Below are positions 50,792 through 61,020 of a DNA stretch of 64,000 nucleotides, in pieces. A program made the translations under genes and the position numbers. Position 1 is the first letter of the stretch. Each line of letters begins with the position of its first letter. The DNA is taken from the NCBI GenBank assembly GCA_963811165.1, contig CAWEQH010000001.1, positions 224,001 to 288,000 on the forward strand, given 5' to 3'. Below the pieces are notes generated by a model. The model was not told the origin of the DNA. It was given only the letters and a program-made list of their open reading frames with translations, and did no database searches. The DNA comes from an uncultured Nitrospiraceae bacterium. Lineage in GTDB: Bacteria > Nitrospirota > Thermodesulfovibrionia > Thermodesulfovibrionales > UBA6898.

Positions 50792-51736
50792 ATGGCAATC
50801 GACGAAAAAGACTTCAATAAGAAAATGAAAGAAGTAAAGAGCAAACTGAAACAGAGCGTTATTGTCCCCCAACAGCTTACACGCAAGGACAAGATGAATT
50901 TTAAATGCTATCCCGGCATAGGATGCTTTACAAAATGCTGCAGCGGTATAAGGATAAATCTTACTCCCTATGACATCTACAGGCTGAAGAAGAGGCTCGG
51001 TATGTCCCATCACGATTTTCTCATGGAATATACGGTGCCGAGATCGGTCGACGGGACACCCCTGCCGATTGCGGTACTCAAGCTCAAAGACGACGCGGCA
51101 AAGTCCTGCCCCTTTGTTACTCCCGAGGGTTGCACGGTTTATACCGACCGCCCGGTGACATGCCGCTACTATCCGATCGGTATGGCTATCATGAAAAAAT
51201 ATGACAAAGAGACCGGCACGGACTTCTTTATCAAGGTCAAGGAGGACCATTGTCTTGGACATCAGGAAAGCAAAGAATGGACGATCGAGGAGTGGAGGGC
51301 CGACCAGGAATCCGACTTATACGATGAGATGAATAACGACTGGATGGAGGTCGTTTTGAAGGCAAAGACGCTCGGTATAGTAGAGTTCGGGCAGAAATCG
51401 CTCGATCTCTTCTTCATGGTCAGCTCTAACCTGGACATGTTCAGGGACTTTGTCTTTAACAGCAATTTCTTAGACTCCTATGAGATTGCTCCCAAAGTCG
51501 TCGAAAGGATAAAGAATGACGAACTCGAACTTCTGAAATTCTCGCTGAAATGGCTCAGGTTCACGATGTTCGGCGAGGGCGACTTCAAGGTCAAAGACGA
51601 CGCCCGCCGCCAGGCAAAGGAGCGACAGAAGGCGGCCGCACTCGAAAAGGCCAGGCTCATGGAAGAGAAGGCAAAGAGGGCGCTTGCCAAGGCCCCCGAA
51701 GAAGTGATGAAGGAGGCTGATCGGGAAGAAAACTAG
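50792..51736 (+). CDS. YkgJ-family (CxxCxxCC-like) cysteine cluster protein
   Basis: CYPGIGCFTKCC, CPFVTPEGCTVYTDRPVTCRYYP, C-terminal coiled coil. Confidence 0.88.
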   Translation: MAIDEKDFNKKMKEVKSKLKQSVIVPQQLTRKDKMNFKCYPGIGCFTKCCSGIRINLTPYDIYRLKKRLGMSHHDFLMEYTVPRSVDGTPLPIAVLKLKDDAAKSCPFVTPEGCTVYTDRPVTCRYYPIGMAIMKKYDKETGTDFFIKVKEDHCLGHQESKEWTIEEWRADQESDLYDEMNNDWMEVVLKAKTLGIVEFGQKSLDLFFMVSSNLDMFRDFVFNSNFLDSYEIAPKVVERIKNDELELLKFSLKWLRFTMFGEGDFKVKDDARRQAKERQKAAALEKARLMEEKAKRALAKAPEEVMKEADREEN

Positions 51737-51800
51737 AGCCGCCCTCGGGAACGGATACATACGGACAAGGGTTTACGGCGACATCATCCGGGGCCCCTAA

Positions 51801-52328
51801 CTATTTCTTTGTCGGCGTCTGCCGCGTTGAATATTGTCTTTCTACTTCTTCCAAGATATCTTCTTTCAGCTTTGTAAGCTCTTCCTTAAAAAGATCGTTA
51901 GCCAGAATTTCTTTAGGAAGTGCTTCAAACCTTCGCGTGATCGTATCGCGCAGAAATTCCCCACCTTGCCTGACCTGCCGGTCGATTGAGGATTGGGTAT
52001 TGTTTGTCGTTTCGATCAGCTGAGAGACGAGGGCGTTGTTCGCAGCCAGTCTTTGGTCGATCGATCCTAGCACATTGAGAACCTGATCGAGCCTGTCGGC
52101 ACTCTGCTTGGCGGAGATGGCAGAGAGCTGGGAAAGGCCGAATACTTGTCCATCGCATACGCCGGGCAGACCAACATCAGTAGGCGGAATCCATCTGCCC
52201 AGACAAATTTGGGGCCCCCTCTCACTCGTGATAAAGGTGTAGCCTTCATCCGCCTGACTTTGTGCCGGCAACATGCCCACGATGAAAAATACCAAGCAGA
52301 TTGCTGAAATATACATTATCGCTTTCAT
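51801..52328 (-). CDS. Hypothetical exported coiled-coil protein
   Basis: Signal peptide, SD AGGAGG, Cys pair, helical C-terminus. Confidence 0.75.
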   Translation of the reverse strand: MKAIMYISAICLVFFIVGMLPAQSQADEGYTFITSERGPQICLGRWIPPTDVGLPGVCDGQVFGLSQLSAISAKQSADRLDQVLNVLGSIDQRLAANNALVSQLIETTNNTQSSIDRQVRQGGEFLRDTITRRFEALPKEILANDLFKEELTKLKEDILEEVERQYSTRQTPTKK

Positions 52329-52630
52329 GTATCCTCCTATTTCACAATTTATGCAGCGTCCCGATAAGCCCTTAATTATTTCATACCACTAAAGAGGCCG
52401 TTTGTCATTATTCTTTTCCCCCTGCAGAATGAATCGTGAGAAGATCTCCTGTTCCGATTCTGCCTTGGTTCCGATGACAATTCTCCTCACGCTTTATTGA
52501 AACGACGCCAGACAGTGATACATGATGTCCCTTTTTAAGATTTCTGTTCACTCGCGAACCCATAATTTTGGTATAATTGAGCACATTTATTGAGGTCCTC
52601 CATACCCCAATGGAAATCAATGATCCAAAT

Positions 52631-53881
52631 ATGAATCTGTTGACACCAGCGTACAGCCGTTATGCGCTCGGTCTTCTCTTTGCAGTCAATCTCCTCAATT
52701 ACATGGACCGGCAAGTACTTTTTGCCGTTTTCCCTTTGATCAAAGCTGAACTTGGGATGTCGGATGCGGCCCTCGGACTTCTCGGGAGCGCATTCATGGT
52801 GTCTTATTTGGTTTCAGCGCCTGCATTCGGGTGGATTGGAGATCGTTACGGGCGGGTGAAACTCGCAGGCTGGGGCCTGTCGCTCTGGAGTATCGCGACT
52901 GCGGCTACCGGACTGGCCGGACGATATAGCACCCTCTTTATGAGCCGTGCAACCGTGGGGATAGGCGAAGCGAGTTTCGGCACTGTCTCCCCCGGACTGA
53001 TTTCAGATTTTTTTTCAAAGAAGCGGCGGGGACGTGTTCTTTCTTTTTTTTACCTTGCGATACCTGTGGGCAGCGCCATCGGCTACATCGCGGGCGGTAC
53101 CGTCGGCCAGGCGTTTGGATGGCATTCTGCCTTTTTTATGGCGGCACTGCCGGGACTCGCCCTGGCTCTTCCTCTTTTTCTCCTTCGGGAACCCAAACGG
53201 GGGGGAACCGAGGAAGGCACGAAACATGCTGCTCCACGGCCTCCAGACTACGGGTTGCTTTTCAGGAATCGTTCTTTCGTGGTTACTACGCTTGCCATGG
53301 CTGCCATGACCTTTGCCTTGGGTGGATTGGCCCAGTGGCTCCCGACGTTTCTCTTCAGGATGCACGGGCAGAGCATTGCCGCAGGCAATACCTTGTTTGG
53401 TGTCATTACGGTAATATCGGGAATTACCGGTACGCTGACCGGCGGGTGGCTCGGCGACAGATTCCAGAAAAGGAGCGGCAAGGGATATTTATTGGTGTCC
53501 GGTATGGGGTTTCTTGCGGGGACGCCCATTGCAGTATACGCCCTTGTCTCCTCTTCACTGGCCGGCTGTCTAGCCGCAATCTTTTTTGCCGAGTTTTTCC
53601 TTTTCTTTAATACCGGCCCGCTCAATACGACGATTGTCAATGTGACAAGCCCCTCTGCGAGGGCAATGGCCTTTGCTGTCAATATTTTCTTTATTCATGC
53701 ATTGGGAGACGCCATCTCCCCTGCAATTCTCGGCCGTCTTTCCGATATCTGGGGGCTGAGGACCGCACTCCTGATAACGCCTTCCATGATCCTCCTTGCT
53801 GCCGGGTTCTCATTTCTCTGTACCAGATTTGTGGAAGAGGACACATGGGATAGTGTGCAGGAGATGAGAGCGAAGAAATAA
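52631..53881 (+). CDS. MFS transporter, spinster-like (start uncertain)
   Basis: NLLNYMDRQ, GWIGDRYGR, RATVGIGEA, IHALGDAISP; about 12 TM segments. Confidence 0.9.
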   Translation: MNLLTPAYSRYALGLLFAVNLLNYMDRQVLFAVFPLIKAELGMSDAALGLLGSAFMVSYLVSAPAFGWIGDRYGRVKLAGWGLSLWSIATAATGLAGRYSTLFMSRATVGIGEASFGTVSPGLISDFFSKKRRGRVLSFFYLAIPVGSAIGYIAGGTVGQAFGWHSAFFMAALPGLALALPLFLLREPKRGGTEEGTKHAAPRPPDYGLLFRNRSFVVTTLAMAAMTFALGGLAQWLPTFLFRMHGQSIAAGNTLFGVITVISGITGTLTGGWLGDRFQKRSGKGYLLVSGMGFLAGTPIAVYALVSSSLAGCLAAIFFAEFFLFFNTGPLNTTIVNVTSPSARAMAFAVNIFFIHALGDAISPAILGRLSDIWGLRTALLITPSMILLAAGFSFLCTRFVEEDTWDSVQEMRAKK

Positions 53882-53904
53882 TAGGGTGATACACTGCATT
53901 GAAG

Positions 53905-53935
53905 AAGGACGAGAAATATGGCTCGCCTTTTTTTT
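53905..53935 (+). terminator. Probable intrinsic terminator
   Basis: AAGGACGAG...CTCGCCTT plus T-run. Confidence 0.5.
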
Positions 53936-54027
53936 GTCTTTTACACAATGGACCATAGGGCTTTAAGGTTTGCTATAATGGAGCTAGGCACCCCAGCAAG
54001 GGCAGAAAAAACGTATACGGGGGATAT

Positions 54028-54273
54028 ATGAGTGGCGGAGAGCTTGTAATAATCTTCATAGTGGCGTTCCTGATTTTCGGACCTGAGAAACTTCCGGAAC
54101 TGGGCAGGACGGTTGGTAAATGGCTTTATGAGATAAGGAAGGCTGCGCAAGACGTGAAAGACCATATGGAGACTGAACTCGATACGGCAGAAAAAGAAAC
54201 AAAGGAAGAAAAGCCTATTGAAGAAATCCTCCCTCATGAAAAACCGGCGGATGAAGCCCGGAACAATAAGTAG
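54028..54273 (+). CDS. TatA/TatB family translocase subunit
   Basis: ELVIIFIVAFLIFGPEKLPELGRTVG. Confidence 0.9.
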   Translation: MSGGELVIIFIVAFLIFGPEKLPELGRTVGKWLYEIRKAAQDVKDHMETELDTAEKETKEEKPIEEILPHEKPADEARNNK

Positions 54274-54285
54274 TGGGGGAAATTA

Positions 54286-54849
54286 CTACAATTGTAAGAA
54301 ATTTTTGAGCAGATCCTTCCCTACGACGGTCAATATGGATTCCGGGTGGAACTGAACGCCCTCGATGATAAACTCCTTATGCCTGACTCCCATTATCTCA
54401 CCCTGGTCTGTCCACGCGGTGATTTCGAGACAATCCGGTATCGATTCCTTCCGTATGAGAAGGGAATGATACCTTGTAGCCTCAAAAGGGTTCGGCAGTC
54501 CGGCGAAAAGTTTTTCCCCGTCATGGTGGATTAGCGAGGTCTTCCCGTGCATAAGCCTGGGAGCACGGATGATCTCTCCCCCGAAGGCGGCGCCGATTGA
54601 CTGGTGCCCCAGACATACGCCCAAGATAGGCAGCCTGCCGGCAAAGTGCTGTATTGTCTCAATCGATATGCCCGCCTCTTTAGGGGTACAAGGTCCTGGT
54701 GATATGACAATCCTCCGGGGCGACATCTCCTCTATCTCCTTGATGGTGATCTTATTGTTCCTAAAGACCCTGATGTCTTCTCCCAGCTCACCGAGATATT
54801 GGACGAGATTATAGGTGAATGAATCGTAATTATCTATCATTAAGAGCAT
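54286..54849 (-). CDS. trpG: Anthranilate/ADC synthase component II
   Basis: [28 protein letters not shown]. Confidence 0.93.
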   Translation of the reverse strand: MLLMIDNYDSFTYNLVQYLGELGEDIRVFRNNKITIKEIEEMSPRRIVISPGPCTPKEAGISIETIQHFAGRLPILGVCLGHQSIGAAFGGEIIRAPRLMHGKTSLIHHDGEKLFAGLPNPFEATRYHSLLIRKESIPDCLEITAWTDQGEIMGVRHKEFIIEGVQFHPESILTVVGKDLLKNFLQL

Positions 54850-54941
54850 AGTTCTTTCCTCTGTTATGTTTCCATATGCGTTTGCCGTTAACGTTTCAAT
54901 CTATCTTTGCAGCAAGGGTACGCGCAACGTACCCTGCAGTT

Positions 54942-56416
54942 TTATCCTAACCCTTCCTCTGCCATATCCACCGCCTTCATCATGCCCTTTGCCTTGTTGA
55001 CTGTTTCCAGATATTCTCTCTCCGGCTTGAATCTGCAACGATCCCCGCGCCTGCCTGGACATAGACCTTGCCGTCCTTTATGATAAGGGTCCGTATCGTG
55101 ATGCAGGTGTCCATATTGCCTGAATAACTGAAATATCCGACAGCCCCAGCATAAGGGCCTCTCCTTGTGGGCTCGAGCTCTTCGATGATCTCCATGGCCC
55201 TGACCTTCGGGGCCCCCGATACCGTGCCTGCCGGAAAGCAGGCGGCGAGCACGTCGAAGGCATCGAGTCCATGCCTGAGTTCTCCTTCGACATTTGACAC
55301 AAGGTGCATAACATGGCTATAGCGTTCGACCTTCATCAATTCAGTGACCTTTACCGAACCGATCGTTGCCACCCTTCCGACGTCGTTTCTCCCGAGGTCC
55401 ACAAGCATAATATGCTCGGCGACCTCCTTCGGGTCATTCTTTCAATTCCTCTTCGAGTGCCTTGTCGGCAGATTTCTGTGTCGCCCCTTTTTCTAGTCCC
55501 TGCGATGGGACGGAGGACGATCTTGCCTTCTTCAACACGCACAAGGATCTCAGGAGACGAGCCGACTATCTTCGCGTCTCCGATATCGAGATAATACATA
55601 TACGGCGACGGATTGATCACACGAAGGGCCCTGTAGATGTTGAAACGGATCACCTGCGGCTTCCCGCTCAAATCTCTGGGAGAGCACAACCTGGACAATA
55701 TCGCCCGCCATGACATATTCCTTTGACTTTTCCACGGCGGTCAGGAAGTCATCTTTCGTGAAATTGGAACTTACGCTCTTTGATTTTGCGCCGGACAAGG
55801 AATCATCGAGTATGAGCGGCGTTCTGAGTTTCGCGATGATATCATTGATCTTTTCCTCCGCCTCCCGATATGCCTCATCAGGTGAATTGTCGTCTATATG
55901 CGCATTTGACACAACCTTTATCTTCTGTTCGAAGCTGTCGAAGATGAGCATGGTATCGGTAAGCATGAAGAAGAAGTCCGGGAGTCCGAGGCCCTCCTTT
56001 TTCGACCTCGCTTTATGGGCTCGAAGAATTTCACCATGTCATAGCCCATGTAACCGACAAGTCCTCCGAAAAACCTCGGGAGGCCCTCGATCTCGACGGG
56101 TCTGTATCCGATAGCTCTTTTTTGATGAGATCAACAGGATTGTCTGATTCAACGACCAGCGACTGTTTCCGGCCGTCTATAATTTCGACAGTCTTTCCCC
56201 TGCCTTTAATTATTTTTGAGGTCTTGACCCGAAAAAAGAATACCTTGCCCATTTCTCCCCGCCTTCAACGCTTTCAAAAGAAACGAAGGCGTTCCGCCGA
56301 GCTTTAAAAAGGCAGTGACCGGTGTGTCCGTATCGGCCAGTATCTCTTTATAGACAGGGATCAGGTTCCCCTTTTCCGGATAACTCCTTGAATTTTTTCA
56401 AATTTGGGTAAATCAT
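54942..56416 (-). CDS. trpE: Anthranilate synthase component I, fragmented by several indels
   Basis: Fragments [72 protein letters not shown] in the expected order. Confidence 0.93.
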
Positions 56417-56534
56417 ATTGACAAAAATTCCCTTGTTAAATTTATATTTTATGTCTTATAATTATATCTTATTGGTCAGTGATAAGTTAAGCGTTATTCT
56501 GATACACTGTCGGATAGTATGCAGCATGAATAAT

Positions 56535-56609
56535 GCGGGAATAGCTCAGTGGTAGAGCACAACCTTGCCAAGGTTGGGGTCGCGGGTTCGAATCCCGTTT
56601 CCCGCTCCA
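56535..56609 (+). tRNA. tRNA-Gly(GCC)
   Basis: Acceptor GCGGGAA/TTCCCGC, anticodon loop TTGCCAA, CCA end. Confidence 0.98.
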
Positions 56610-56701
56610 TAAAATGCAGTGAATAGTAACGTAAAAATACTGTAGAAGAATGAAACCAATTCACCTTTCGCGATTCACTTTTCACGGCTTACATCTTTAA
56701 G

Positions 56702-56777
56702 GGCGGCGTACCCAAGTGGCTAAGGGAGAGGTCTGCAAAACCTTTATGCAGCGGTTCAAATCCGCTCGCCGCCTCCA
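56702..56777 (+). tRNA. tRNA-Cys(GCA)
   Basis: Acceptor GGCGGCG/CGCCGCC, loop CTGCAAA, U discriminator, CCA end. Confidence 0.97.
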
Positions 56778-58611
56778 ATTCCCATGATTTCTTTGCCCTC
56801 TCTGAGCGACTCGAGGAGGGCCATATCGAGGGCCTTTTCCTCAAAATATTCCTGTTCGAGCGACTCGATGTAGAACCTGTCAAGCCCGCTGTTTTCGAGA
56901 AAGTCTTCTCTGAGCAATGAGTCCGCGGTCTGGACAACCATAGGGAATATCTGGTTCAGATAGACAGATTCCTTTCTGAGGTCGATAAATACCTTCTCAA
57001 AGAGCTTTAGCGGGTATCTTATCGGCGATTCCTTTTCCCGACAGTTCGGCGGTAATGTCGTCCCTGATCTTTTCCCTGACCTCCTTCAGTTCAAGGCCCG
57101 GGAAGAAGCTCCTCATCCTGTCCTTTAATGCGGCATGTGTTTCGTGATACAGCTTTTCTTCTTCCGTAACGTTCTTAAGTTCTGTGATGACGTCTTTCAG
57201 TGACGCCTCGCCCTGCTGGATATTTTCTATCCCTTTGTGGACGAGCCTTATCTTCCGCCTGCCGTAGCCCGTGATATACTTGTTAGTCAGAAGTTCCCTG
57301 ATAAACATCGTTTTGAAAAGGTCAGCGGTCGAGTTTGTCAAAGGCCTTTTTGTTTCCGATAAGACTTCTCAATGACTCATCCTTGAATTCTACCCGCTTC
57401 ATAAAGGCCAGCTGGCTCAGGAGCGCCTGGACATTATCGTATCTGTCAAAGTAAGTGATGATCGCACTGAACTCTTCGAAGACACTGAAGTTGTCCGTTT
57501 CCCTGGCAAGTTCGTCGCATGCCCTTCCTATATCGAGGAGCACCTGCTCGAACCCTCTGTCGTTTTGAGAATAGGCCATATGCTTTGCCTTTATCAGACG
57601 CACAATATCCTCTTCTATAATATGCTGCTTCAGGGACGGGTCCTTGAAAAAGAGGTTTTCGAGGATCGCCCGCGCATCCTTCAGATAGTCCCGTTCTTCC
57701 GTTTCCTGAATCTTTTTCCCTTTCAGCAGGAGTTCATCGAGCGTGTCGAAGAGAACGACCGGAATATTATTTCTTATACTGAGGGTCCTGAGCCTGTTGA
57801 GCCGCGCATATTCCGATGCATGCAGGGTATCGCGGGCAATACTTTTTATGAGCACGTCCCTGTATTCGTCGACAACTATCTTGTTGTCCGGGTGGTTGTA
57901 CATGACGTCGATCTTCATCCTCTCCTGCTGATAGCGGTCGATACGGTTCCTGACAACGATATCCTCGAGGGAGAGTTCATCGGCGTGGCTGAGTTCACGG
58001 TTTTTGGCATAGAAGCCTTTATAGGCGTTGTAATATTCCTGGTTCGCCTTGTGCATAAGTTTGAAGATGAAGACGATGGACCTTCTTTCCTTGAGTTCTG
58101 CGCAGAAATGGCCCAGAAGTTCCGTATCACGTTCGCCGGAAAGCAGGTCTGTTCTTTTGAGGAATTTTCCCACAGATTTCAGGATGTGTTGCTGCCTTTT
58201 TTTGTAGTCGCCCTCATACTCGGAAGAGACGAGGAAATAGTAGTTTGCGACCGCATGTCCCTGGAGGAAAAGTTTGTCGAACGTTTCGAGACCTTCTGTA
58301 TCGTTGGTAAATACCACCTTTTCCCTATCATCGAGGAAGGCCCCGAACATGATAAGCCTGTTGAGGACGTCGCTTTTTTCCATGTCCTTTACGGGCTTTT
58401 CGACGCCGAACATGTACTGGCAAAAACTTCCCCCCGTGCCTCTGTACATGGCGGTGTCTTCAGAGATGGTGAGCTCGTTGCCCTGTGAGAAAAATCTTAT
58501 GCGCGACGCTTCTTCTTCGTAGAAATATGAGTTATAGGTGCTTGCCCCCGCGGCAAAGGCCAAAAAATCAATCCGTCCGATGCTGCCGTGGAGCCGGAGG
58601 TCTCTGATCAT
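56756..58611 (-). CDS. Conserved ~610-aa hypothetical protein (resembles TIGR04442 family), split by about 2 indels
   Basis: Three consecutive ORFs in shifted frames; DLRLHG, GGSFCQYMFGVEKP, RYQQERMKID, REDFLENSGLDRFYIE. Confidence 0.7.
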
Positions 58612-58750
58612 AGGGAAAATATACCACAGCATCGGGAAAATATTCTATTTCCGTGTAAGCTGCGGGGCAGGACGAAACGGACATCTTGCCTGAGAATTGC
58701 TGAAAAAATATGTTTCGTCTATGATATATGAAGAAGGAAATCAGAGAAGC

Positions 58751-60778
58751 ATGGGTATCGGCTCCGCAACAGACAGTACCTTTCCGGGAGATGTCTCTTC
58801 CGTGTCCGTAACGGGACAATGCGCAAAGGTTTCACCTGGAACTTTTGGGTGGTTGATCCGGTATGCCATCGGCGCCGTGTTTTTGTTTTTGTTTTTTTCT
58901 CCTCATCTGGCGGCGGCGGGCGGAAAGGAATTTTTCAAGGACGGCAAATGCGATCTCGACGCCAGCCGTTATGAAGATGCCGTCAGGAAACTTACCGCGG
59001 CCGCAAAGGAATTCCCTCTCCTTGAAGACTACGCACTTCTTTATCTTGCAACCGCGTATCACGAACTTGGCGACCACAAGAAATCCCTGGATACGACCCG
59101 GACCCTCATTCAAAAATATCCTCAGTCACCGCTTATAAAAAAGGCCAGGTCGATCGAGGTCCGGGAAGCGAAGGAAAATCCCGGAGAAAAAAATATTCGC
59201 CAGATATTCGATTCCTACATAAGGGATTATCCTGAGGACGAAGAGATGAATCTCACCTATGCTCTCTTCCTGAAACAATCCGGAGACATCAAGCGGGCAA
59301 AGGAGGTATTTAAGGATATTTACCTGAGGGCGGGGCCGTTTTCACTGGGCGCATATGCCGAATTGGCGCCCTCAGACATGAATGTAGCGGAGACACTGGA
59401 AAGAGCAGCAAATCTGATGAAGAGGAATAAGTTCAAGGAGGCCGAACGTGAGCTCAGAAGTGCGCTTCCGGCCTGCGAAGGAATAAATAGGGAAGAGGTC
59501 CTCAGGAATGTCGGGCTTTCGCTATTTAGGCAGAAGGAATACAGGGAGGCGGCGGAGATCTATGACAAGATAAACGACGTCTTTTCCAGGGCCCGTTCGC
59601 TTTACAGGGCTGGGGACAAAGAAGGTTTTGAGTCGGCCCTCAAAGAGCTGCGGGGGAAAAACGATACGCGGGCGGGCGGTCTGCTGGTCGCCTTTGCGGG
59701 GGACAAGCGAAGAGAAGGTGATTTCGAAGAGGCCCTGAAGATCTATAAGGACGTGGTTGCCAAGTACCCTTCGGACGCGGAAGAAGCGATGTGGGGAATC
59801 GGGTGGACCTATTACAGAGCAGGCGACTATAAAAACTCCGCAGGGGTCTTCTCGAAACTGTACGAGAAATATGAAGATCCTAAATATCTTTACTGGCAGG
59901 CCAGGAGCACCGAGGCGTCAGGGGAAGACGCGAAGGCGCTGTATAGTGCACTTTCAAAATATGAGAATAACTTTTATGCCGCCCTTTCCGCTGCGACGGG
60001 CAAGACGAGGGCAGGGAGCGTGATGTCCTCGGAGATCTCAGGGGAAAGCAATGCCGGCATGCAACACCAGTTTGAGAGGGTAGACGTGCTTCTGTCATGG
60101 CATATGACCAAGGAGGCAAATGCAGAACTGCGATGGATGGCTGGTAAGATCGAGACGCCGATCATGCTTCTGGCGGTCGCATCGAGGTTCCAGAAGATCG
60201 GGGACTATAAACGCTCGGTTACCCTTGTCACAAGGATGCCCTACACTGAGAAACTGCACGGATTCTGGTATCCCCTCGCCTTCTGGGATGATGTCGAGAA
60301 GATATCGAAAAAACATGATATGGACCCCATGATCGCAATGTCGGTCATGAGAGAAGAGAGTCGTTTCGATCCGGATGCGAGGTCCGTCGCCGGCGCACGG
60401 GGGCTGCTCCAGCTTATGCCGCAGACCGCCTACCGACTTGACAAGAGCATCAAGCTGGGTATCAGCAGGGACTCCCAGATAAACGACGTAAGAAACAACA
60501 TCCAACTCGGCGTCTATTACCTAAAGTCTCTCTTCGGGGAATTCGGATCATTGCCATACGTCCTTGCTGCGTATAATGCGGGAGCGGGTATCGTTAGGAA
60601 ATGGGAACAGCAGGGGACCCAGAGGGGCATCGATGAGTTCATCGAGGAAATTCCCTACGCCGAAACGAGAAATTATGTCAAGAAGGTCGTTACTTCGTAT
60701 TTTCAATATAAGAGGTCTTCTCGGGCGCAACCCTCTTCTGCGAGCTTCTTGTCAGGCAGTCTTAAGGCCGATTTTTAG
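58751..60778 (+). CDS. slt: Soluble lytic murein transglycosylase (Slt70-like, TPR repeats); start uncertain
   Basis: MREESRF, GARGLLQLMP, AAYNAG, IPYAETRNYV. Confidence 0.9.
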   Translation: MGIGSATDSTFPGDVSSVSVTGQCAKVSPGTFGWLIRYAIGAVFLFLFFSPHLAAAGGKEFFKDGKCDLDASRYEDAVRKLTAAAKEFPLLEDYALLYLATAYHELGDHKKSLDTTRTLIQKYPQSPLIKKARSIEVREAKENPGEKNIRQIFDSYIRDYPEDEEMNLTYALFLKQSGDIKRAKEVFKDIYLRAGPFSLGAYAELAPSDMNVAETLERAANLMKRNKFKEAERELRSALPACEGINREEVLRNVGLSLFRQKEYREAAEIYDKINDVFSRARSLYRAGDKEGFESALKELRGKNDTRAGGLLVAFAGDKRREGDFEEALKIYKDVVAKYPSDAEEAMWGIGWTYYRAGDYKNSAGVFSKLYEKYEDPKYLYWQARSTEASGEDAKALYSALSKYENNFYAALSAATGKTRAGSVMSSEISGESNAGMQHQFERVDVLLSWHMTKEANAELRWMAGKIETPIMLLAVASRFQKIGDYKRSVTLVTRMPYTEKLHGFWYPLAFWDDVEKISKKHDMDPMIAMSVMREESRFDPDARSVAGARGLLQLMPQTAYRLDKSIKLGISRDSQINDVRNNIQLGVYYLKSLFGEFGSLPYVLAAYNAGAGIVRKWEQQGTQRGIDEFIEEIPYAETRNYVKKVVTSYFQYKRSSRAQPSSASFLSGSLKADF

Positions 60779-60779
60779 C

Positions 60780-60808
60780 TTGACTTCGTCCCCTTGCGTT
60801 CTTAGAAT
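60780..60808 (+). promoter_or_regulatory. Sigma70 promoter upstream of proA
   Basis: TTGACT-N17-TAGAAT. Confidence 0.6.
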
Positions 60809-61020
60809 TTTCATATAATACCCATCACATACTTCCCACAGAGAGGATCAAATGAAGTGAAAAGATTTCTCGTCTTTTTTTCTGTCTGTACTGCCAAACA
60901 ACTTTTTTACTGATTGCAGCGTCCTTTAGGGCACTGCCACTGATATTTTTCTTTGCAACCTTCCGGTCTATTTTTGTATTCTAAGGTGGTCATCATCTTG
61001 CTAATACAGGAGGCGTGTAT

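Noticed and set aside
60852..60928. Mini-ORF (ATG AAG TGA) and a 23-codon ORF in the proA leader
   Set aside because: No Pro enrichment or attenuator structure to support a leader peptide.
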